Source: Eledone cirrhosa (Eukaryota). Taken from it: a stretch of 64,000 nucleotides of DNA. The stretch covers positions 192,944,001 through 193,008,000 of the forward strand of contig OZ024743.1 in NCBI GenBank assembly GCA_964016885.1, in the 5' to 3' direction. The position numbers and the translations under genes were made by a program. Within the stretch, counting starts at the first letter, position 1. Each line of letters begins with the position of its first letter. Under the pieces are notes generated by a model, which was not told the origin of the DNA, did not search any database, and saw only the letters and a program-made list of their open reading frames with translations. Positions 23,101 to 35,427 of this stretch are shown here, piece after piece.

Positions 23101-26015
23101 TAGCTACTCTTCTTAACATAGAACACAGCATATTCAAATGGTTGAGAAGTTCACTTCACAATTATTTGGTCATTCATATATCATCATCCTTGTTTAGTAT
23201 ACATTTTCCCTAATAGCAAGAGTTGGATGGGTTTTCACTGACTGCATCAGTACTCAAACAGGGCTACTGACCTCTCAGATAGGTTGAGGCCCTACATCTT
23301 ACTTATGTATGGTCCTGTGCTTTAGCAAGTGCATTTTATCATGACATTAGACCTAGGAAGGTTATATCTTTAACATAGTTGTATATAATAAAAACTAAAT
23401 CATTACCCTTTCTATCAACAAAGAATTTACACAAAGATTATGAAGAAAAATACTCACAGGCTTTGCTTGAAGAGAATAAAATGCATCTTTAGCTGTAGAA
23501 TATGCATGTACAACTTTAGATGCAACATGTACTGCCATTGTAGTCAGTGGGTTGGGAAGAAAGATTGGGCTGCAAGAGAGAGAATAAAATAACTTGCAAG
23601 ATTGAATGACTCAAAAAACAGATTAAGAATAAATCCTTCAATTTAAATGAGTAAAATAAAAAACAGTAAAATCCACTCTAATCTCGTATACACATGAATC
23701 ATGTGTATCCCCATGTCTTAAGTAAATAAACTAACATGAAATGGGGGTGGGGGGAGAAAGACGGACTCGCAAGCTGCTCAGTGTTACTAGAAACTTTAAT
23801 ATCAATGGTAATGTGGATAGGCTATTTTTCTCACGAAACCTGGATAACACTGAAACAACATCTTCAACAGAGGAAAAAGGTTAGCAGCCATCTTGTCCAG
23901 ATTTATGAGCATGAAAATAATATTGTTAGGATAGTCACTGATCTAGAACAGAATAACCTCATACAAATTTCTCTCACTGGAACATTGGAAAACTCTATTC
24001 AATGCCTGAACTTAATTTTAAAAACGGATCAATTCACTAAAAAGGTTGAACATGGGTACTTGAGACAAAAATCACAGACCACAGAGGGGATAAACCATAC
24101 TAAAAGCCTGACAGAGTTCTGACAAGTTCATAACATCCCACGTTAAAGGACATCTCTATGCAATCCTGGAACAAGAAATCCCCACCAAGCACCTACTACA
24201 CAAAAGAGGAAGGTCATCAGTTGACAATAAATATAGGCTGTGCAAAACAAAGATTGAAGATATTAGCTACATTATTGCCAACTGTGAAAGAATGTCTCCT
24301 CATTACTACCTCTCCATGAAGCATGATGTGATAACTAGAATGATTTGGAATACAGAATACGAAAATTACAGAATACGAAAATCAAATCAAATAGGAAGGA
24401 ATATGTTGAGACTTATAGCTCAAAAGAATACAGATGGAACCTAAGAATAAAAACTGCTGCCAAATTAAAGCACAACCAGCATTGGGGTCACACATTAAAA
24501 ACATACTCTGTTGCAGAAGTCAGCTGCTCACTAGATGTCAATGTGGTAAGAAAAATGCAAGAGAAGGATGATATCTAAAGACCATTGATGAGGAGTTTGC
24601 AGATCGAGTATCCAAGATACATGTTCAGTTTCAAACCCATCATTACTAGAGCTACAGGTTATATACCGACCCACCTGGACCAAAGTATAACTGAGCTTGG
24701 ATTTGTGAAGAAAGAACGTCACTCCTTAATTCATATGCTACAAATAGCTCCGATATCTGGAACCTTCAAAATCTGAAAACATTCTTACAATTCAATGGAC
24801 AAATGTTTACAACCTGGCCACCGGGAAGGTGGCCAGTCAAAAGTAAACTCATAATTAAGAGAAAGCTAGAATACATACATACAAGCACACACACACACAC
24901 ACACATTGTGTTCCTTAACAATAAATATTTGTTGATCTAACTCTGCAAACTAGTATCAATAACCAGTTAAAAGCATAACACTTTATGTTGATAGCAATCA
25001 TGAGAAAAAAATAATTCTGATCATTATAAAATCTAATTTTCCTATCCCTCTGTACGTTTTTGTAGGTAAGAAAAATGTGCGAGCATGTATGTGTATATGC
25101 ATGCATGAGTGTATATGCTTGTGCATACGTGTCCACACAGGAATCAGAGCTGGTTGGCTGTGTCAAAGTATTAGGCTGTTGGTTGCATCTATAACAGTAT
25201 GTATCTTATCATTGTTGTTACATTTTGTCTGTGGCCAAAATACTTAGCACTCACAGACCTCATGCATCTTACCTATAAATGATGGCCACTAGGAACATGC
25301 AGCTAATTAGTAGGATTGTAACATTGACAAGAGTTTTGTTCAAAAAGTATTCAGTTCCAGGAGAAAGAGCAACAGGTAACTATTGTATCCTCCTTAAACA
25401 AAATCCAGATCTATAAGTTAACAGGAAGACATCTTGGACTCAAATGGTGAATTGTGCATGAATAAATATGCAGGTGCATACTTACATGAACAAATGTGCT
25501 CATGCACGTGTGTGTGTGTGTACACACATATATATATATATAAATGAATGTATTGGTCTGCATCTGGAAAGTACCTCTGAAAAGATACAGGCCTGGGCAA
25601 AGTCTTTTGTGGAAGACCACCAGTTACCCACGCATGCAAGTCTTCCCTCTTCACATCACTAATGCTGTCTAAGGGAAAGGCAAAGCCTGAGAAAGCTTGA
25701 CACTAGTGATGCTGCAGATGAACAGGGAATACAAAGAATCAAAAGTGATACTGCAAGGTACCACATCCGTCACTAACAATTTCACCAATCTACTACTTCA
25801 ACTGGTACTTTATTGTCTCTGAAAGGATGAAAAGCAAATCTGACCTCAGCAGGATTTGAACTCAGAGCACAGAGACCTGAAACAAATACCACATGGTATT
25901 TCATCCAACACACTGATGATTCTGCCTTTTATATATATACACATACAAAATGAATTTGAACTGGGTGAGTCTATGAACTAGTCAAAACAGAGAAGGTCCT
26001 TCACTGGGAATATAC

Positions 26016-26069
<54 letters not shown>

Positions 26070-29000
26070 ATATATTATATTACACAGAGTCGGGACTCTG
26101 ACGGCTGAGATCTTGCCATTTCAACAGCTGGTTCAAGACTGATTGCCAAAGGCTTTGGCAGTTAACTGGTTGTATCATCAGGAGGTGTGGTTTGACCAAA
26201 TAAGGGCATACATTGTTTATCCAATTGTAAAATCTCTTCACATAAGTATTTTATTATTTTTTTTATTATGGTTACGGAGTGGTTGTGTGTGTAGATATCT
26301 GGTTTAGTGAGTGTTTATATGTATGTATACGTCTATGTGCGCATCCAAGTGCATCTGCCTGGTCAACTTGAGATAGAATAATCATGAATATATTATATAT
26401 ATTAAAACCTTTTTTTTCCCCAAAAAATGTTTCTCCTTTTTTCAATATAACACTTTATTGGATTAAAAAAGAAAAAAAGATTCTTTAAATATACTTCCGT
26501 GCTGTTTCCATTCTTACTTTTTTTCTATAACCTTTGATTTGTATAGAACTTTACCCCTTTTTCAACTATATATATAAAGATTATATAAAGTATATATATA
26601 CATATATATATACTTTATATAATCTTTTCTTTTTAACTAATATGCTACACCGTCTATACTGCTCAACTCCATAGCTTAAATATAAACATCTCTATATTAC
26701 ATACTACCACATAATACCATGTCTGCTTTATTACGTACACTAACAGTCATTTTAATTTTACATCTTTGAGTTTTCCCTACATTTTCATGAAGAAGCATGT
26801 AAGACCCTATATTTTTAACAGTATCTTCAAACTCGTCCAAGTGCCAGATGACTCACTCACAAATTTGATCACTCTTACAATCTGGGGAGATGGTTAAAAT
26901 TGGGCCTTTGAAACCTTAGGTAGTGCTTTTGTTCTGTGTATGAACATAAATAAATAATATATATATGTATATACAAGTACACCCAGTGTATAAGAAATAT
27001 ACCAACACCAAAAGCAACACATATATATGTATAATCAGTACTGCAACTTCCAAACATTAAAATCAACGAGGTCTCATACACATTAAACAATGTAGTGTGT
27101 GAATTTATTCAACCATACAAGAGTTGCCAATGTTGAAATATAATCTTCATTGGTTCAATATGTAAAAAGTGAATTAACAGTCATTACAATGTAGTACAAA
27201 TTGCTTTGCATGCTCTGTTCTCTTTCTCTCTGCACTCCAAGTTTAAATTCCATTAAAGTCAACTTCACCTTTCAACTTTGATAGGTCAATAAAATAAAAT
27301 ACCAATCCAGTGCAATAGATTGGTGGAACTATTAATGTCAGACAATACTTTGTAGTATTTGTTCTAGCTCTTTGCATTCAGAGTTCAAATGCTACTATGG
27401 CCCGATTTAGCATCACCACCTAGCTTTTAGATATCCTCTTCTCTCTCCCTCCCTTATTCCTGCCAAGCTCAACGGGCCAGAAACGAGTCATGAGCACTGT
27501 CCTTCTTTCCCTGACTAAGTAATTAAAAAAAAATTTAGATAAGAAAACGTTGATAAATAAATCTAAAATCCCCCATAAATTATACAGCCTAAGACTATTA
27601 TAGAGGCTATCCCAATTCAAATGAGAAATTGTGTCCTTAATAGCCAAACAACAAGCTTCATTTAACCTTTATATGTCAGAGATGCAGAAACTTATATTTG
27701 AAATTACTAGCCATCATAAATGCTTAATATATGCATTCAAACTAGAAAAATAAAGTATACATAAAACTTAACTAAGTCTTGAGAATGTGTTGAATACTGG
27801 AAAGGTAGAGATTTAGGAAGATGTGGTCTTGCTTTAGTGATACGATATATAAATGGGATTCATAAACTTAAAAATCTGAACACAGTGAAGGAATTTTAAC
27901 TTATTTTTCAACAGTAATTTAAACCATAAGTACACTATATCCCTGATTGTCGTTAAAAGGAACTGAAAGTGCTGGTGCTAGGAAGGGCATCTGGCTGTAA
28001 AACATTGCTTCAAAATGTCCCATCCAACCCATGCCAGTGTGGAAAAGTTAACGTAAAAACAATAATAAAAACAATGAATTATGTTTTGAACATATACTTT
28101 AAAAATTTAAGTACTTTCCATTTATCACTCACATACACACTGGGGGTAACTGTTTATTAACTACTCCCATTATAATTTACCTTATATATATAAAGTTATC
28201 AAAAATTAACTCCAAATTCTAAAAAAGAATTATCAAAAAATTCCTGGGAGAAAACCTAAACAAAGCATATATCATTAAATGAATCTAACCCCCAACCATA
28301 TGAAAGAACTGATGCTGAGCAATGGTGATGCTGATGCTGATAATGAATTATTAGTGAAAGTCTATAACAGAAAAAATCCATTATCACATCACAACCTAGA
28401 AACTTGTAATTTATATCCATAACTAGAACACAATTTAAAAGGGAATAAAACTTTATTCAAATTTTTAGTAAGATTTTTTTTACAGTTTGAAATAGGAAGA
28501 GAAAATACATTTAAATTCCTTAGTATTAAATTTTAACTATATTTCTTTGCTTCCAAAAAACTGCATTATATATAAGATTAATGAATTAACAATATATAAC
28601 AATAATTACATTGTGATCATCATAATAGCCATTTAAAACACACATATACCATTACATTGCCTTATTTTGTTATATTCTGAGAGATAGTGTTATATACTAT
28701 AAAGTGTCAATGAATTTTGTCTATTGCATGAAATATATGAAATACTTATTTTTGACACAAAATAAAAGAAAAGACAATATAACAGCATATATGTATCTTA
28801 AATAGTTATCATGGCTACCACAATGTTAAGTGTTTTAGTTTCAGTTACACGACTTCAGATTAAATCACTTCTTGCCAAACAAGCACAACTCCGAAACAAA
28901 GAACAAATTAAAAATTACAAAAGAATATCACTCAGGAGAATACCAAGAGCTTATAAACCAGTAATGTTTTAATTCTATTACTATTTTACTAATAAATTCA

Positions 29001-32000
29001 AATTCCTGAAGGGGTAGGGACATTTTTTTTTTTTTCATAAAAAGCATACTTTATAGCACATTCCTAAATGTAACAAAGTAGGCAGGAGGATAAATAAATG
29101 AAAAAAAAAAAAAAATAAAAAAATAAAAAAAAAAAATCATTAAAATTAATTAACAATTGCAGAGTAAAAAGTTATTTGGGATAAAAATTTCTAGAAAAAA
29201 CAAAAAAAAACCAACACTTTTTGAATATTTTCCTCCCCTGTAAAAAGTTGACTCAGGAAACAGCAGCAGTAAGCAAGCAATACAATCAATCTCTTTTACT
29301 CTTCTTACATCTTTCGTCTAATAATAACACTAATTAATAACACTAACGAAAATGTAATTAGTCAAAATGTCATTTTCCCTCATTCAACATTTAAATTAAT
29401 TTTTAATTTACTTCCATCACAGACATTAAATTCTGGAATCTACCACCTTCACAAATGATAAAAATTATTAAGCTAAAAGAAAATTGAAAGAACAATAGTG
29501 CAAAGATTTAACATATTTTAGTTTTCTGAGATAATTAGTAACTAGATATGAACATAAGAAAACACAACAGAAAACCCATCAAGATTCTCTAGTCATAAAA
29601 TATTATGGAATTTATTAAAGGTTTCACTTATAGAATGTTTTGTCAATAAATATATTACCACATTAACTCTTTCTACATTCTATTTATTCACTACCAACAA
29701 TTTTGAAAATAATTCTTTATAGATCTAGTCTGTCAAAGAAAATTTCCTAAAAAATCAAAATTAAGATCACTCCAAAATAAAAAGGAAACAAGAAATAAAG
29801 AGACATGGAAAGCAAATATTCTTAAGAGCTTCAAAAATAATACATTAAAAAAATCTAACACACAATCAGTTTCATCAAGTAAAAGACACAAATTATAAAA
29901 ATTATTAGTTTCTAATTTAGACAAAGGCCAGTAATTTGAGGAGAGGAGAAAGTCAGTTGAATAGACCTAGTATTAGACTGGTATTTTATTTTATCAACCT
30001 TGAAAGGATGAAAGGCAGAGTTGACCTTGGTGGGATTTGAACTCAGAACATAAAAAAAAAAAAAAACTAAACACCTCAAAGCATTTTATCCAACATTCTA
30101 ACGATTCTGCAATATACCACTCTCACAAATGATAAAAATTATTAAGCTAAAGTAAGAAAATTGAAAGAACAATACAGCAAAGATTTAACATATTTTAGTT
30201 TCCTGAGATAATTACCTTTCAAAAGTTTCTTTTTATTTACTAATAATTGTTGAATAAAACAAAATCTTAATTAACACTGGGCATATTTACAATATATTGA
30301 AATAGTTATTTCATACATTGTTGCCTAAGATTTTGAGGATATACTGAGATTTAAAAAAATACAGTAAACAAACATTATGAAATTGACTGCAATAACTTAA
30401 ATAGAAAAATGTTTTGAGAGTGGAAAGGAGCACACTTTCAATAACAAAATATGTTTTTAACAGAAGGTGGGGTTATATTTTGAACAGCAATAAGAATAAG
30501 CCTTTTCATAAAGCTCTCATTTCTTCCTTGATCAGAAACCTACTGTTATTCTGAGAAAGAAAAGATTTTTGTTACAAGAAAGTTAATCAAGAAAATATGC
30601 AAATGTTTCCCTTAATTATCATAATAATATATCATACTAAATGAACTAAATAATTCCAAAAAAGCTAATAGAGTTATATAAGAATGTACGTGTGGAAGAG
30701 GTAAACCTCAGAAGACATGCAATGAGATGGTGAAAACTGACCTTGGGAAGCTGAATATCATGACAGAGGATTCACAACATGCAGTACTGGAAAAGACTAA
30801 TTTGCCACTGTATTGCTACCTAGTAATTATTCCACCATCACTTTACACTCCACTCTACCTCACACATTTGTCATACACCCATGACATCATACTAGTTATT
30901 CGTACCCCCTATTGTTACTTATCCATGTTATACTATTCTTTTCCCCCACTCTTTTATTTTATTCTTCCTTCCCACTATCCACCATGATAAAACACACCCA
31001 GCACACACTGTAAAGTCGTTGGTATCAGGAAAGATTTCTAGCTGTAGAAACTATGCCTAAAAGAGTTGTATGGACCCTCCAGTCATGACATGACAATGTC
31101 TCTAGTACTGGTATCACAAAAAGATGCATCCACTAAATCCTGTAAAATGGTTGGTGATCGGAAGGGCAACTAGATGCAGAAACTATACCAAAAAAAGCTC
31201 AAGAGGGTTCTTCAGTTGTATCAAAGACACACCACTTCCTTAATGTTAGTGACAATAAAATGCACCCAGTGCACTCCAGGCCCCCGACCCATCTGAGAAG
31301 TTAGTAATTCCAATTAATTACTGATTGGTCTATGATGTCTCATCCAGCCCATGCTAGCAAGGAAAACAAACGTTAAATGATGAATCATTAAGAAATTTCA
31401 ACAATCTATTTCACTGTTTTTAACAAAGAGAAAAGTATTCAGCACAAACATGATGACCTGCTTCCAAAATATATGTAATTTTAAAAACAACTGGAAAAAA
31501 GAAAAATAGAGATAGTGCTTAAAAACTGAATGTAAATCATTCTACATCCATTTTCCACGTTGGCATGAGTTGGACTATCTTTTAACTACAGTAGAGCCTC
31601 AGAGAGTAAACCAGAGATGCCAGATACATGAAAAAGACATTGAAAGGGAGAGATGTAAACATATGTTAAAATTATTAATGACTTAAGACAAAAAGAAGTA
31701 AAGTAGACAATGAGAAAATGTGAAATTACTACCAGAACATAAATGTGCTGAAAAACTATTGCTACTACTACTCCTCCTAAAAATTGTCCTCATTTAACAC
31801 TTGTTTTCCATTTCACAGAAAATATGTTTCAAACTTTATAATTAGAAGATTCAATGAGAGATCTATCAGAACTAAATCTGATGGATGTGAAGTTCTTTAT
31901 TTCTGAAAAAGAGCTTAACAGAATATTTTGAGAGAAGGCACTTAATGACTTAATCAAAGATACCCAAGTTAACCAAAAATGGGTAAGGCTATATGTAGTC

Positions 32001-35000
32001 ACAAACTTGCTAGAAATAGTAACCACATCTTCCTTAACCCTTTAGCATTTAAACCGACCAGAATTCTCCCACATCTTTCTGTTCAAACCAGCTGTACCTT
32101 AATATAAGTATGAGCAGCCAGTTATTGTTCTCAAAATAAATAATATCAAAATCTCATAGATTCGATACAATGTAAGATAATTATGTGAGAAAAAGTCTTT
32201 ACTTAGACAATAAAATAGTAAATATAGAGTAATATAAATGTTAAAGGGTTAAATCACGCACTATCATCTTAAAAAGAATTGGAAAATGCAGTCTGGAATA
32301 TATCATCTAATAGAAGATGAGATGGTCATGGCTTAAAGCTTTTAAACATAGACCTATCCAATCAGAGACAACTTGGAACTAAACAACCATGATGCCTACA
32401 CATATCCTTGGGTATTAAACAATAAAATTAGCTCATATCAGTTATTATCCTACAAAACAGTTTCTACAATTGAGTTTTGGGATTATAAATCATTACTATT
32501 AATCATCATCATCATTTTATGTTCCCTTTCCATGTTGGCATGTGTTGGACAAGTTGTCATGGTGTGAGACCTGCCGGGTTGGAGTGACCAATCTTGCTCA
32601 TTATGTTCTGTATTTGGCATGGTTTCTACACCCACACTACCACTTTACACAGTGGACTGGGTACATTACAATGTCACTGCCATTGATAAAACATGAGTTT
32701 ACACATATATATAAAAAAATTATATATATATAGAGAGAGAGATATTGAGAGAGATGTATAGAAAGAGAGTGAGAAAAGTGGGGTACATTCCAAGTACACT
32801 ATAAGACATGTATGTGTTCATTAATACTACTTAAGGATATACATTTAGCCTATCTCAAAAACAATTTTGGAATATGGTGTTTAACAACAGGACTAAAAAA
32901 CAGGACATCAATCTCAACCTAGTTGAATTTCATCCAGCATTTAAAAAAATATAGAATTGTTTTAGAGTAAAGCTAGAAATATTTTGTTGAATGGAATTAA
33001 GTCATAATCTAAAATGAGTTATGTAATATATAAAAGACTGTTAAACAAGAGAGAACTTGCATTTACAAACATGTTAACATTCAAAATATTGAGTGTATGG
33101 CTGTGTGTTTATACATGTATCACAAAATGATTATATATATATATATTGAGAGAGAAGCTTATACATTCTTACAACATTACCATGATGTTTCAACAAAGCT
33201 TGTATTCGCTAAACTTTAATCAAAGAAAAGCTTAGCAAAGACATGCTGTTCAGAATCATTGTTGTTATGCTGTAAGAATATGAATTATCTATTTATACAA
33301 TGTTTGAAAGATTGACTTCTTTTTCTCTTGCGAGCAACCACACTCACCAGTTCAGAACCTAATATATCTATGAAAATGAAATTTTAAAAAAAAAAAAAAT
33401 TTATTGTTCACACCCTTGCAAGCTTAGGTGGGCTCATAGAAGGTTGTCTATCACTTAAAGGTTTCATTGATAGGGAACCCAGTCATATCATGAAGAGAAA
33501 CATGAAATGAAGCATTTTGCTCAAGAACATGTCACCTGATCTGGAAATCAACACCCTAACCACTAGATAACATGCTCTATACAAATATCTATATCAATCT
33601 CTATATATAGAGAGAGAATTCTGAATAAATAAGACTGCACCTATAAAAGTTGAAATATTGTTAAACACCATTCAGTGTTACATATACCATACCCGCACTC
33701 ATTTTCAGTACTACTGTCATTTTCTTATGCATGCACGCACGCACACAAACATACAGAATAAATGGAGAGCATTGTTTGCCATCTGAAAGGCTTGACGTCT
33801 ACCTTGAAGCTAATGTATCTCTGTGTAAAGGATCTTCTCTGTCAGCAGCAATCGCTGCATTAATGTCATGTGGGCCTGTTGTAGGCTGTTCCTGTGTGGT
33901 GCAGTGGCCCGATTCAGCTGGTGCACCAGCAGACTGTTGTTGCTCCCACTGTTGTTGTTGCTGTTGTAGTTGTTGTTGGTGGTGGTGGTGGTGCTCTCGT
34001 TGCTGCTGCTGCTGCTGATGTTGGTGGTGGTGGTGGTGGTGGTGGTGCTCCCGCTGTGAGTGGTAGTGATGGTGCGATCTCCTGTTAGAAGTAGGCTCAA
34101 TACAGTCCCCAGCTGCAGCAGCACCAGCAGCTGAGATGCCTGAATGAGTGGGCAGTGGCTGCATACCATTGTCACCACTTGGAGAGGAGGCAGCAGCTTT
34201 GCCAATAGCTGCAGCTTCTACTTCTTTATTGCGGTCTGTATTGGCCAGTGTTGGGTGCAAAAGGGGTGGTGGAAAGTTGACATCGGCACAGGTCATCAAC
34301 TCATCCACAGATGCTGCAGACGCTGAAATGTTAAGAAAACAGGGCATTACTATTGCTATTATAGTAAAACAATTAGTTTAGTCAGCATACAAATTCAAAG
34401 CTAAATTTATCCAGCAACCCTTGCTTTCAAAGTTTGATAAATTATCAAATAATGCTGGCCCTCCAGAAGTTTACCCATTAATATGTTTTCTCTTGTGTTA
34501 GTACAAGGTCACAATTTTCGAGGACAAATATATTTGACCCTCTACTCCCATAGTTATTTTATCAACCTCAAAATGAAAGGCATAGTTAACCATAGTAGAA
34601 TTATGAACTCAGAATATAAAATGACCTAACTTAATATCAAAACTGCCACTCAACTGCCCTATTATCATCGTCGTCATCATTTTATGTCCATTTTTACCTG
34701 CTAGCAATGGGTAGGTCTTCACAGATCAGTTCAGTACTCAAGTGGGACTACTGACCTTATATATGGGCCATGAGTTTGCATCTTATTTACATACAATTCC
34801 GTGCTCTACCAAGTGTATTTTATCATAACAGCACTAGGGAAATTGTTATGTTTGACAGAGCTGAAGGGTCCATGCTTTATTTGGCAGGTTTTCTATGGCT
34901 GGATACCCTTCTGAACACAAGCAACTTTAGAGAGTATACTGGGTGTGTTTATTGTATAGATCACCAGCACTAGAGAGGCTGTTTTGATGATGTTCTAATT

Positions 35001-35393
35001 TAGACACAAGGCCAACAATTTTTGGCGAGGGGAAAGTCTATTAAATCGACTCCAGTGCGTGACTGGTACTTTATTTTATCGACCCCGTAAGGATGAAAGG
35101 CAAAGCTAACTGTAACATGATTTGAACTCAGAGTGTAAAGGGTCGTAATTATGCTGCAAAGCATATTATCCAACACTCTACCGATACTGCCAATCCACCA
35201 CCATTGATGATGATTATAATAATAATAATAACAATGACCTATAGAAGGCTACACGCTTTCAGTGTCACACAGGGAGTGACAAGGCTGGCCCTTTGAATTA
35301 CAGATACAATTCATTTTTGCAAGATGAGTGTACTGAAGCTATGTGAAATAAAGTGTTTTTCTCTTACAATCATGAGCCACACACATGGCTTAT

Positions 35394-35427
<34 letters not shown>

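Noticed and set aside
33731-34381. Cys-rich and Gly-rich ORFs on the plus strand and in alternate frames
   Set aside because: Alternative readings of the CAG/CAC repeat exon; only the minus-strand frame fits the splice phases.
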